From: a virus
UHGV virus genome: UHGV-0086211
Strand: one strand, 5' to 3'
Length of the DNA stretch: 33,168 nt
Below, piece after piece: positions 7,095 to 15,708 of the stretch (positions are counted from its first letter, which is position 1; each line of letters begins with the position of its first letter). The position numbers and the translations under genes are program-made. Under the pieces are notes generated by a model, which saw nothing but the letters and a program-made list of their open reading frames with translations, searched no databases and was not told the DNA's origin.

Positions 7095-7934
7095 ATGGCA
7101 CGCCCAAAGAAGAGAGGGCTAGATTACTTTCCTTTTGATGTTGATTTTTTCGATGATTACAAAATAATGGACCTAATGAATAAATATGGTCCGATTGGTG
7201 TTTCCGTGTACCAAATCATCCTGAGCAGGGTGTATAAAAACGGCTATTACTTGGATGTTCCTTTAGATAAATTGGTTTCTCAGATAATCCGAATTATTGG
7301 GAATAGGTGGGTAAAAGACAAAAACTTTGTGTTACAAGTTATTCAGTATTGTGCGGATATAGGGCTCTTTAACGATGCACTCTTGACACAATCTGTTATA
7401 ACCTCTGTTGGAATTCAGCGCCGCTACTCCGAAGTGACTGTTAGAAACAAAGTTGATATGAGCAATTATTGGCTTCTTGATGAAAAATTAGACCAGGAAG
7501 CTTTAATAAGTGCATCTAAAAATAATGTTTCTGTTGCAAAAACTCAAGTAAATGTTGCAAAAACTCAAGTAAATGCATCAAAAAAACCACAAAAGGAAAG
7601 TAAATTAAATGAAAGTAAATTAAATGAAAGAAGAGCAGCGTTTCAACTTCCGTGCACAAACGGGAATTATGTTGTAACGCAAGAACAAATAGACACTCTT
7701 CAGCAGGCTCACAAGAGTATCGATGTAGTACAATCGCTGCGGAAAATGTTTGATTATCTTAAATGCCATCCCAGCTCGCAGAGACCTGTTGATGCTATTG
7801 AAAATAGAGTGATCATATGGCTTCAGCAAGATAATGAAAAAGCAATGGCAAAATCTAAACAGCCGAGGCAGAGTAAGCAATCTGATACATCATATGACAT
7901 TAACAGCTTTAAAGATTATGATATTTTTGACTAA
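7095..7934 (+). CDS. Phage replication initiator (DUF4373/Lin1244-like N-terminus)
   Basis: MARPKKRGLDYFPFDVDFF and ITSVGIQRRY motifs; internal repeats; located after ssb. Confidence 0.8.
   Translation: MARPKKRGLDYFPFDVDFFDDYKIMDLMNKYGPIGVSVYQIILSRVYKNGYYLDVPLDKLVSQIIRIIGNRWVKDKNFVLQVIQYCADIGLFNDALLTQSVITSVGIQRRYSEVTVRNKVDMSNYWLLDEKLDQEALISASKNNVSVAKTQVNVAKTQVNASKKPQKESKLNESKLNERRAAFQLPCTNGNYVVTQEQIDTLQQAHKSIDVVQSLRKMFDYLKCHPSSQRPVDAIENRVIIWLQQDNEKAMAKSKQPRQSKQSDTSYDINSFKDYDIFD
7532..7630 (+). repeat. Iteron-like tandem repeats, probable replication origin
   Basis: Two copies of TGTTGCAAAAACTCAAGTAAA (7532-7573), then two-plus copies of GAAAGTAAATTAAAT (7596-7630), inside the initiator gene. 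Confidence 0.7.
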
Positions 7935-7958
7935 TTTAACTAAGGAGGGAAGCGGAAT

Positions 7959-8378
7959 ATGGAAGTATCTCTTGTTATCCTAGGAGAGCCACGAGGCAAG
8001 GCTCGTCCTAGGGTGGTTAAAAACAAATACACAGGCCGGAGCGTTAGTTATACTCCGGCGAAAACAGCAGCTTACGAAGAACTTGTAAGGGCCGAATACA
8101 TAAAAGCAGCGCCGATGATTAAGTTTGACGGTCCGGTTATGGTTACTGTCAAGGCTTATTTAGGCATACCCGAGAGTAAGAGCAAAAAAGCAAAAGCTCA
8201 AATGCAGAGCGGTGCGATTTTGCCTACAAAAAAGCCCGACTGCGATAACATAGCGAAAATAGTTTGTGATGCACTTAACGGCTTAGCGTATAATGACGAT
8301 TCGCAAATCACAAAGCTGGTAGTGGCTAAATTTTACAGCGACGAGCCGCATGTAAGAGTGCTAATTGAAGAAAGTTAG
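7959..8378 (+). CDS. rusA: RusA-family Holliday junction resolvase
   Basis: GEPRGKARPR and KKPDCDNIAKIVCDALNGLAYNDDSQI. Confidence 0.93.
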   Translation: MEVSLVILGEPRGKARPRVVKNKYTGRSVSYTPAKTAAYEELVRAEYIKAAPMIKFDGPVMVTVKAYLGIPESKSKKAKAQMQSGAILPTKKPDCDNIAKIVCDALNGLAYNDDSQITKLVVAKFYSDEPHVRVLIEES

Positions 8379-8392
8379 GAGGTTAAAAACAT

Positions 8393-8818
8393 ATGAGAGA
8401 AATATTATTCAGAGGCAAGCGTTTAGATAACGGTGAGTGGGTTAAAGGATTTATAACAGCAGCTTGTGATTGTGCAGGACGGTTATATTTTATAGAACAG
8501 CCTGCCCAAGACCTTGACGATTGTAACCACAGTTGGGAAGTTGACTTTACTACCATCGGTCAGTATACAGGTTTAAATGACAAGGACGGTACTAAGATTT
8601 TTGAGGGTGATATTGTGGAGTTCACTGACTTCAATGGTGATACAACACCCTACGAAGTCTTTTATGACGGCAATAACGGCAAGTTCGCCGTTGCAGAAAA
8701 CGGCAACAGAAATTTTGTTGATGATTTTGAACTGTTTGAGCGAAACGAATATTTTAAGTGGTTTACTGTCATCGGAAATGTATACGATAACCCAGAGCTT
8801 TTAAAGGGGGGGCATTAA
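8393..8818 (+). CDS. YopX-family protein
   Basis: MREILFRGK, GQYTGLNDKDGTKIFEGDIV, VIGNVYDNPELL. Confidence 0.93.
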   Translation: MREILFRGKRLDNGEWVKGFITAACDCAGRLYFIEQPAQDLDDCNHSWEVDFTTIGQYTGLNDKDGTKIFEGDIVEFTDFNGDTTPYEVFYDGNNGKFAVAENGNRNFVDDFELFERNEYFKWFTVIGNVYDNPELLKGGH

Positions 8819-8819
8819 A

Positions 8820-9116
8820 ATGACACATCAAAACAATCAAAAATGTTTAGAAATCCTGAAACACTACGGTGTCTCTCCTCAGCTGAGAAAATTAGCTGAG
8901 GAGTGCGGCGAAGCTGTACAAGCTGCTTTGAAGTATGATTACAGAGCAAACGAAATCACAAAGCAGGCACTAATCACAGAAATTGCCGACTTAGAAATAA
9001 CGGTGCAGCAAATTAAGTTTGTAGTCGGATATGAAAAGGTCGATAAGGAAATCGACTTTAAGCTAAACAGGCAGCTGGAAAGGATTAAAAATGCGAGGAA
9101 GATTGAGGAGGAATAG
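8820..9116 (+). CDS. MazG-like nucleotide pyrophosphohydrolase
   Basis: KLAEECGEAVQA...TEIADL acidic helical motifs. Confidence 0.7.
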   Translation: MTHQNNQKCLEILKHYGVSPQLRKLAEECGEAVQAALKYDYRANEITKQALITEIADLEITVQQIKFVVGYEKVDKEIDFKLNRQLERIKNARKIEEE

Positions 9117-9120
9117 TTAA

Positions 9121-9429
9121 TTGACTATCGTTTCAAAGGACAAAAAACACATAATAAATTTCGATTATGTGACGGATATATTTATAGGCTCAAACGAAGT
9201 GAGCATTAAAGTTAATTTTAGTGACGGCAAAGGTTGTGAGCTTGAAAGATATTATAGTCAAAAAGACGCTAGCGTAGCAATGGAAATGCTCTGTGATGCT
9301 ATTAGCAGAAATGCAAGTAAGTTTGAAATGCCAACGGAAAAGCAAATACAGGCCAAAGTTGTCCAATACCACGATACGCCAAGCAGACACATTTCCGGTA
9401 AGAAAAATAAGGGGCACGGTGGTTCCTAA
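9121..9429 (+). CDS. Hypothetical protein
   Basis: GAGGAGG RBS, TTG start, tightly packed. Confidence 0.7.
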   Translation: MTIVSKDKKHIINFDYVTDIFIGSNEVSIKVNFSDGKGCELERYYSQKDASVAMEMLCDAISRNASKFEMPTEKQIQAKVVQYHDTPSRHISGKKNKGHGGS

Positions 9430-10394
9430 TGGCTGACTATTCTATAAAATCAATTCGGCAGGATTTTAAAAACAAAGGTATTTTTTACACACCTGAAAAG
9501 CTAAGCAAGTTTATGAGAAATTTATTGCCAGCGGAAGTTGATGAAATATACGACCCAACTTGTGGAGCTGGAAATCTGCTCTCTGTTTTCGACGATGAAG
9601 TAAAAAAATATGGTCAAGACATCAACAGCGAACAGGTCGAATTTGCAAAAACGAGGCTTAAAAACTTTGAAGGCGTTGCAGGTGATACTTTGAAATTGCC
9701 TGCTTTCAAAGGCAAGAAATTCAACTACATAATTGCAAATTATCCGTTCAGCATTAAGTGGGAACCCTTTGCTGATGAACGATTTGAAAAATGCCCGGTA
9801 TTGCCGCCGCCAAGTAAAGCCGATTATGCTTTTATTCTACACATCATTCATTATTTAAGCGATAGCGGCAAAGCTGCGGTAATGGGGTTTCCGGGAATTT
9901 TATATCGAGGTGGCCGAGAACAGAAAATCAGAAAGTGGATTGTCGACCAAAACTATATTGAGAAAATAATTCACATACCTGGCAACAAATTTACTGATAC
10001 AGCCATTTCGACAATTGTTATAGTATTTAATAAAAATAAAACTAACAGTGATATAGTTTTTGTTGATGACGAAAATGGATTAGAAAGAACTGTAAAAATA
10101 ACAGAAATTCAAGAAAACAACTATTGCTTATCGGTTCAGAATTATGTTCAAAAGGAAGAGATAAAAGAAAAAATCAATCCATTGGAATTGATGAAAGAAA
10201 CAAGAAATATTTTCTATAACCACCTAAAAAAAGAACTTGAATTTGAAAAGGCAGTTTGTCTATTAAACAATTGGAATTTTTATGAATTTGTTGACGAATT
10301 GCAAATTATTTTAAACCAATATAAGCAAGGAAAGGAAGTAAACAAAAATGACAAAGAAACTAACGGCAGAAGAAAAGATAAGAAAGATAGTTGA
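9429..10394 (+). CDS. N6-adenine DNA methyltransferase, HsdM-like catalytic core
   Basis: GIFYTP, motif I YDPTCGAG, YGQDIN, motif IV variant ANYPFS, ADYAFILH. Confidence 0.88.
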   Translation: MADYSIKSIRQDFKNKGIFYTPEKLSKFMRNLLPAEVDEIYDPTCGAGNLLSVFDDEVKKYGQDINSEQVEFAKTRLKNFEGVAGDTLKLPAFKGKKFNYIIANYPFSIKWEPFADERFEKCPVLPPPSKADYAFILHIIHYLSDSGKAAVMGFPGILYRGGREQKIRKWIVDQNYIEKIIHIPGNKFTDTAISTIVIVFNKNKTNSDIVFVDDENGLERTVKITEIQENNYCLSVQNYVQKEEIKEKINPLELMKETRNIFYNHLKKELEFEKAVCLLNNWNFYEFVDELQIILNQYKQGKEVNKNDKETNGRRKDKKDS

Positions 10395-10713
10395 TTACTG
10401 CAAGGAAGCAAAAGGCAGAGCAAGAGACTGCGAATATAGTGTGTTTTTCATAATTGAACTTGAAAATACAGAAGGGCAGACAGAAACAGGAGTATGCTCG
10501 CGAGGCTCGCAATACACAGGCTATTATGCATCTGTTAATGCAGTAAATCGTGCACTTAAAGAGGCGGTAAAGGAAGCACAGTGGAAAAGTAAATGTTTCA
10601 ACAATCTATTCACTGCAAGAGTATGGATAAAAACATACTTCGGTAGCAGATTGGTTGACGAGGAAATTGCAAACGACTACGAAATAACATTCAAGGGAGG
10701 TGTTGAAGTATGA
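10348..10713 (+). CDS. Hypothetical protein
   Basis: AAAGGA RBS; operon packing. Confidence 0.65.
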   Translation: MTKKLTAEEKIRKIVDYCKEAKGRARDCEYSVFFIIELENTEGQTETGVCSRGSQYTGYYASVNAVNRALKEAVKEAQWKSKCFNNLFTARVWIKTYFGSRLVDEEIANDYEITFKGGVEV

Positions 10714-11027
10714 CACTAGAAGAAATCAAAGCAGAAGCGGTGCAGGGCATCGACAATAAAATCTTTACTGCTGTTGAACTTGTTAATGAGATAGTTAGTA
10801 TGATGCAAATTCATAAAGAATACGCTATTAAGATACTAACTATGAATTTTTGCACAAACCTCAAGATACAAGCTGTTTCAGAAAGACTACATTATATTGA
10901 GGCACTTGCGGATTTTCTTCATAATTTAGGCGTTAACACAACATGTTTAGCTATTCTTAAAGATGAAATGTCTCTGCAAAACATTTTAGCAATGCTACAC
11001 AGGCAAGATGTTAGCATTGCTAAATAG
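10710..11027 (+). CDS. Hypothetical protein
   Basis: GGAGGTG RBS; ATGA overlap. Confidence 0.7.
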   Translation: MTLEEIKAEAVQGIDNKIFTAVELVNEIVSMMQIHKEYAIKILTMNFCTNLKIQAVSERLHYIEALADFLHNLGVNTTCLAILKDEMSLQNILAMLHRQDVSIAK

Positions 11028-11057
11028 GCAAGAAGAAGAAAAGGAGCTTTGTATTTT

Positions 11058-11378
11058 ATGAAAGCAAGAATACCGTTTAAAAACTCGGTTAGTAAGAAAA
11101 GACTTGCCGAAGCTGAGGAGTTTATACATAGCGAGCTGAAAAAAGGCAAGCAAGAGGAAATCACACGCACGCTTAAAATTATTGCATTTAGTTTGTATAT
11201 GTTTTTAGGTTTTGGTGAAAAGCGTGTTAAACAGTTTTTAGATGATTTATCAAAACTTATGAACGAATGTGATGAATTGTTTTGGGACAGGGTTGACGAT
11301 GTGCTGTTTGAAAGGCTGCACCTCGACGACTATTTCAACCGTGAAAACTACGAAGAAAGAGAGGAACTGTTGAAATGA
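11058..11378 (+). CDS. Hypothetical phage protein
   Basis: AAGGAG RBS; GFGEKRV motif common in Bacillota phage proteins. Confidence 0.7.
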   Translation: MKARIPFKNSVSKKRLAEAEEFIHSELKKGKQEEITRTLKIIAFSLYMFLGFGEKRVKQFLDDLSKLMNECDELFWDRVDDVLFERLHLDDYFNRENYEEREELLK

Positions 11379-11620
11379 GGTATAAGCGTTTTAAACAATG
11401 TGAACGGGACGGCTGTCTATATCACGCGTCGTCTAATCAGCCTAATGGCTGCGATTATTGTTTGCTCACAGGACAGCCACGGGGATGTCCGGCAGGCACG
11501 GTTTGTGATAAGTACAAACGGGTATCATCAAAACGTAAACAAGCAATCCGAAATACCTTGCTTAATATACAGGGCAGCCTAGGCAATGGAGCTATAAGCA
11601 TACAGGAGGTATTAGAATGA
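11375..11620 (+). CDS. Cys-rich hypothetical protein
   Basis: CERDGC..CDYC..RGC....CDKY pattern; ATGA overlap. Confidence 0.7.
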   Translation: MRYKRFKQCERDGCLYHASSNQPNGCDYCLLTGQPRGCPAGTVCDKYKRVSSKRKQAIRNTLLNIQGSLGNGAISIQEVLE

Positions 11621-11793
11621 CAACACAAAAAAACTGGTATTACTACAAAATCATTGATAACAAAACAGGCAAAACTGAAAGCTATGTAAAAGCTTCTTGG
11701 CAGATAAAGCCAGAAGATCTCTGTGAAATAGTTAAAAATAAAGAGTATTACTACGCTGTAGAAATTACAAAAGATGAATACGAGGAGGGATAG
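11617..11793 (+). CDS. 58-aa hypothetical protein (not in ORF track)
   Basis: AGGAGGT RBS, ATGA overlap, MTTQKNWYYYKIID...EYEEG. Confidence 0.7.
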   Translation: MTTQKNWYYYKIIDNKTGKTESYVKASWQIKPEDLCEIVKNKEYYYAVEITKDEYEEG

Positions 11794-11795
11794 CG

Positions 11796-12209
11796 GTGAC
11801 AGCAAAGAAATATCTAAACCAAGCTAGAAAGCTCAACACGGCGATAAACACCAAAGTCGAAGAATTACACCAGCTACAGTTAAAAGCCTCCTGTGTTCAA
11901 AGTGTGGCGATAACAGAGCGTGTTATGAGTAGTCGCGACAACAGCGGCAACAAAACGATTGACAAAATCGTTGACCTGCAAAACGAAATCAACGCAGAAG
12001 TTGCCCACCTTGTGGACTTACAAGCGGAAATTCGGGCTAAAATAGCAAATGTTTATAATCTGACTTACATAAGTGTGCTGACTAATCTGTACATAAATTG
12101 TCTTACTATAGAAAAGACAGCTGAAAAAATGGGTAGTGACCGTAGCACAATTTGCAGATGGCACGGCCAGGCATTACAGGTTTTCAGAAAAGAAAACAAA
12201 ATGGTATAA
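11796..12209 (+). CDS. ArpU/RinA-like (DUF1492-type) late transcription activator
   Basis: MTAKKYLNQ start, C-terminal sigma4-like HTH (EKTAEKMG..RSTICRWHGQAL); last early gene. Confidence 0.8.
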   Translation: MTAKKYLNQARKLNTAINTKVEELHQLQLKASCVQSVAITERVMSSRDNSGNKTIDKIVDLQNEINAEVAHLVDLQAEIRAKIANVYNLTYISVLTNLYINCLTIEKTAEKMGSDRSTICRWHGQALQVFRKENKMV

Positions 12210-12250
12210 TGTACAAAATACACAAAAAATCAGCTTGCTGTTTGTAAGCC

Positions 12251-12286
12251 AATGCCACTGTATGCGACCCCCGTAAGTGATAAACT
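12251..12286 (+). promoter_or_regulatory. Candidate activator-dependent late promoter
   Basis: Direct repeat AATGCCAC/TATGCGAC at 10-bp spacing, then extended -10 TG-A-TAAACT; no consensus -35. Confidence 0.5.
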
Positions 12287-12463
12287 TGTATTGTGAAATA
12301 CGGCGAAAGCTCTATTTCAAGCATATTTTGGTGGGCGGTAGAGAGTACTTCTTCTGACAGGTGCTCCTCCGTCAACAATTTGCATATTGCTTTTTCTTGT
12401 CTTTATCGTCGACCCAGATACAAAAAGCCTTTCCAAAACGGGGCCAGCAATGGCTCCAAATGC

Positions 12464-12540
12464 TGTGAAGTAGCTCAGTTGGTTAGAGCAATGGCCTTAT
12501 AAGCTGTGTGTCACAGGTTCAAGTCCTGTCTTCACGACCA
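12464..12540 (+). tRNA. tRNA-Ile(UAU)
   Basis: Cloverleaf: acceptor TGTGAAG/CTTCACG, D stem GCTC/GAGC, anticodon stem ATGGC/GCTGT with loop CT-TAT-AA, T arm ACAGG-TTCAAGT-CCTGT, discriminator A, encoded CCA. Confidence 0.85.
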
Positions 12541-12577
12541 CTTATGACAATACCCCTAAAACAAAAACACACGCATT

Positions 12578-12605
12578 AGCCGCCCACTTGGGCGGCTTTT
12601 GTGTT
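12578..12605 (+). terminator. Intrinsic terminator after the tRNA
   Basis: AGCCGCCCA-CT-TGGGCGGCT followed by TTTGTGTT. Confidence 0.75.
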
Positions 12606-12631
12606 AAGTAAAATAAGGGAGGTGAGGAGGT

Positions 12632-12961
12632 TTGGCGAATGAAAAAAACTTAATACCAAACGAAGAACGCACTCCCGAAGAACGCCGAGAGAATGCTCGT
12701 AAAGCCGGCATTGCCTCAGGTGCTGCAAGGCGAGAGCGAAAGCTTTTAAAGGATATAGCAGAAACAGTTCTTGCAATGCCGCTGAATGGTAGCAAGAAAG
12801 AAAACCTTGAAGCCATACAGAGCTATGCAGAGCTCAAGGGCAAGAACTTGACGGTTAAAGAAGCAATGCTACTGGCACAGCTTAAGAATGCTTTAGACGG
12901 AGACCTTAAGGCGTTTGAGGCAATAAGAGACCTTATCGGCGAAAAGCCTCCGGAATGGTGA
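12632..12961 (+). CDS. KGG-repeat-like / small-terminase-like protein
   Basis: MANEKNLIP..RTPEERRENARKAGIASGAARR and GDLKAFEAIRDLIGEKP, a pattern I recognise from proteins upstream of terL in other phages. Confidence 0.6.
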   Translation: MANEKNLIPNEERTPEERRENARKAGIASGAARRERKLLKDIAETVLAMPLNGSKKENLEAIQSYAELKGKNLTVKEAMLLAQLKNALDGDLKAFEAIRDLIGEKPPEW

Positions 12962-12965
12962 TGTT

Positions 12966-13661
12966 ATGAATGAAAATTTTTATTCATCGAAAAAATGGCG
13001 TAATTTAGTAACTGCGTTGAAGGTTGAAAGAGCAAAAGACGGTATCGTGTACTGCGAGCACTGCGGAAAACTTATTAAGCACGATTATGACATCATTGCA
13101 CACCACGTCATTCAACTAACTGCAACGAATGTTAAAGACGCAAATATTGCACTTAATCCTGATAACATAATGCTTGTACATCATCGCTGCCACAACCTTA
13201 TCCACGGCCGTATAGGATATGTAAAACCAGTAGTGTATATCGTATATGGAGCACCTTGCTCGGGTAAATCGACTTATGTACAGTCGCAGCTGCACGAAGG
13301 CGACCTGCTTATTGATATTGACAAGTTGTGGTATGCCGTATCAGGTTTGGGAATGTATGAAAAACCCGGACGGCTAACGACAAATGTTATGGGTGTTTAT
13401 AACAAGCTCCTCGATGATGTTCGTGTGCGTAATGGTCAATGGCAGCGCTGCTATATTGTCGGGGGTTTCAAAAACAAAATACAGCGTGAAAGACTGGCTG
13501 ACAAGTTAGGAGCGAAGCTTATTTTAATAGACACGCCGAAAGCGGAGTGCTTATATCGTCTTGAACATTGTCGAGACGGAAGAAGCAAAGCAGATTGGCG
13601 AAAATATATTGACGAGTGGTTTGCTTTCAACAGTCTCACCCCCCAGGGCTTGAAGCTTTAG
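12966..13661 (+). CDS. HNH endonuclease fused to a P-loop NTPase
   Basis: CEHC...AHH...DN....HHRCHNLIH, then Walker A GAPCSGKST. Confidence 0.88.
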   Translation: MNENFYSSKKWRNLVTALKVERAKDGIVYCEHCGKLIKHDYDIIAHHVIQLTATNVKDANIALNPDNIMLVHHRCHNLIHGRIGYVKPVVYIVYGAPCSGKSTYVQSQLHEGDLLIDIDKLWYAVSGLGMYEKPGRLTTNVMGVYNKLLDDVRVRNGQWQRCYIVGGFKNKIQRERLADKLGAKLILIDTPKAECLYRLEHCRDGRSKADWRKYIDEWFAFNSLTPQGLKL

Positions 13662-13725
13662 GGGTGGAAAAAGGTGGGGAAGGGGTCACATCTTAACCCG
13701 CACAAGAAAAATCGAGATTTTTTAA
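13640..13725. other. Probable cos region
   Basis: C-run and G-rich stretch between the HNH gene and terS, the usual cos position in HK97-type packaging modules. Exact cut site not determined. Confidence 0.4.
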
Positions 13726-13746
13726 AAAAATCGGAGGTGATACAGC

Positions 13747-14043
13747 GTGAACGCAAGAGAAAAAACGATATATGAGTACATCGACGAAAACCCGATTTAC
13801 AAGCCGTTGGTGCAAGAAATGGTTGCACTTGAAAAAGAATTGGTTAAGCTTCGCAAAGAGCCCACGGTGTTGCAGCATCCGATATATTCCGAAAAAATCA
13901 AACCAAATCCTTTGGCGAAAATGCGTAAGGAATTTTTACAGCAGTACATAAATATCGTAAAAGCCCTTGAACATATTGCAAAAAAGGATGTGGGCACAGA
14001 GGTATCGCCTCTAAGAGCGTTTTTAGAAAAATATAATGAGTAG
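13747..14043 (+). CDS. terS: Terminase small subunit (P27-like)
   Basis: Helical protein with KPNP...SPLRAFL; overlaps the terL start; GGAGGTGA RBS. Confidence 0.7.
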   Translation: MNAREKTIYEYIDENPIYKPLVQEMVALEKELVKLRKEPTVLQHPIYSEKIKPNPLAKMRKEFLQQYINIVKALEHIAKKDVGTEVSPLRAFLEKYNE

Positions 14044-15700
14044 CTATTTACTTGAATACCTGGCAGAAATTGAAGCTGGCAGAATAACGGTAGGTCAAGA
14101 GCTATATCAAGAATTAAAAAATCTCGAGGACGATATAAAGCACGATAGTGAATATGTGTTTATTCCACAGAGGGCCGAAAGACGAATTAAGTTTATTGAA
14201 GGAATATGCCGAATGACTAAGGCACCGTTCTACGGCCAACCTCTCTCCCTCCTGCTGTGGGAAAAGGCGTTTATAGAAGCGATGTATGGCTTTGTTGATG
14301 CCTGCACACAGAAAATTGACCGTTTTAAAAAAGTGCTTATGATGATAGGCAGAAAAAACGGGAAAACGGAATTTATGTCAGCTATCGCTTGTGCTGAATG
14401 GGTATGTGGTGCTCGAGGGTCGCAAATTGTATGTGCGTCGATGAACGACGAAAACGCAGGAATTGCGTATGATACGATAGACGAAATGCGAATGCAATTT
14501 GACCCGCAGAACACTGACACCTGGCGAAATCGCAAGGGCTTAAAAAACCTTGTCACAGGCTCGTCAATATTTAAGATGTCTGATGAACAAAAACATATTG
14601 ACGGAAAGAATATTGACTTTGCACTTATTGACGAAGAGCACGAGCTTAAAGATAACAGATTATATATGGCTATAAGTCAGTCACAGTCTGTTAAGGAAAA
14701 CCCGAAAATTGTCAGCATAACTACAAACGGATTTATTACTGACGGTTTTTTGGATAGCGAATTGGAAAAGGCACGAGCTGTTATTAACGGCGAAGATACA
14801 AGCCTTGCCGGACGGCGTTTTTTACCATGGTTATACACCCAGGACAGCGAGGAGGAGATTTGGCAGGACGAAAGCTCCTGGATAAAAAGCAATCCCTCCC
14901 TTGGTGTGGTAAAGAGGCTGGACTATTTAAGAGAGCAAGTTGACCTTGCAAAGAAGTCTAAAACTGACAGGGTGTTTGTCCTGGCTAAAGATTTCAACAT
15001 ACATCAAAACACCGCAGAGAGCTGGCTAAACCAAGAGGACTACGATTATCCGGCAACATTTGACCTTGAAGAATTTAGAGGCTGCCAATGCCTAGCTGCC
15101 GTAGACCTCGCAGAAACGACAGACCTTTGCTCGGTTAAGATTTTGTTAATGCGTAAAGGCAGCAGGGTTAAATATGTTTATTCACATTACTTTATTCCGG
15201 CAACAAAACTCGGAACAGATATTACCGCAGGAGCTAAATACGAACAGTGGGTAGCCGACGGATATGTTACCGTTGCCGGCGATAATATGGTCGATGAAAG
15301 CTTTATTGCAAATTGGTTTTATGAAAAGCTGTATCAAGAACACGGCATAATGTTGTACAAGCTAGGTTACGACCAAAAATTTGCGTTGTCGTTCATAAAT
15401 CAGATGGTCAACTACGGTTGGCAGAAAAACACTGATTTAATAATGCTGCAACAAGGCACAGCATTAGGCGGAGCGTTGAAAAAAGCTGAAACTGATTTCA
15501 GCTGTAAATATATCAACTATAACGAGAACGCTGTAGACCGTTGGTGTTTTGAAAATGCGAAGCTAAAGGTAAACAGTTACCAAGTCGGAATGCTTGTGAA
15601 ATCCGAAAGTCAAAAAAGAATAGACGGTGCTGTAACCCTTGTAATGCTTGAAGAGATGTACAGCCGCTATGCTAACGATTTTCAAAATTTATTAAAGTAA
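14036..15700 (+). CDS. terL: Terminase large subunit (HK97/cos type)
   Basis: Walker A GRKNGKT, Walker B ALIDEEH, ITT, NPSLG, AVDLA, RIDG. Confidence 0.96.
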   Translation: MSSYLLEYLAEIEAGRITVGQELYQELKNLEDDIKHDSEYVFIPQRAERRIKFIEGICRMTKAPFYGQPLSLLLWEKAFIEAMYGFVDACTQKIDRFKKVLMMIGRKNGKTEFMSAIACAEWVCGARGSQIVCASMNDENAGIAYDTIDEMRMQFDPQNTDTWRNRKGLKNLVTGSSIFKMSDEQKHIDGKNIDFALIDEEHELKDNRLYMAISQSQSVKENPKIVSITTNGFITDGFLDSELEKARAVINGEDTSLAGRRFLPWLYTQDSEEEIWQDESSWIKSNPSLGVVKRLDYLREQVDLAKKSKTDRVFVLAKDFNIHQNTAESWLNQEDYDYPATFDLEEFRGCQCLAAVDLAETTDLCSVKILLMRKGSRVKYVYSHYFIPATKLGTDITAGAKYEQWVADGYVTVAGDNMVDESFIANWFYEKLYQEHGIMLYKLGYDQKFALSFINQMVNYGWQKNTDLIMLQQGTALGGALKKAETDFSCKYINYNENAVDRWCFENAKLKVNSYQVGMLVKSESQKRIDGAVTLVMLEEMYSRYANDFQNLLK

Positions 15701-15708
15701 GGTAAAAA

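Noticed and set aside
12294..12320. Hairpin ending ATTTCAA as a solitary CRISPR repeat (RNA anti-CRISPR)
   Set aside because: Only the terminal bases resemble a repeat end; no array, second copy or cas gene.
12293..12502. 69-aa ORF in the late leader
   Set aside because: No RBS, runs into the tRNA, and the region is better explained as structured RNA.
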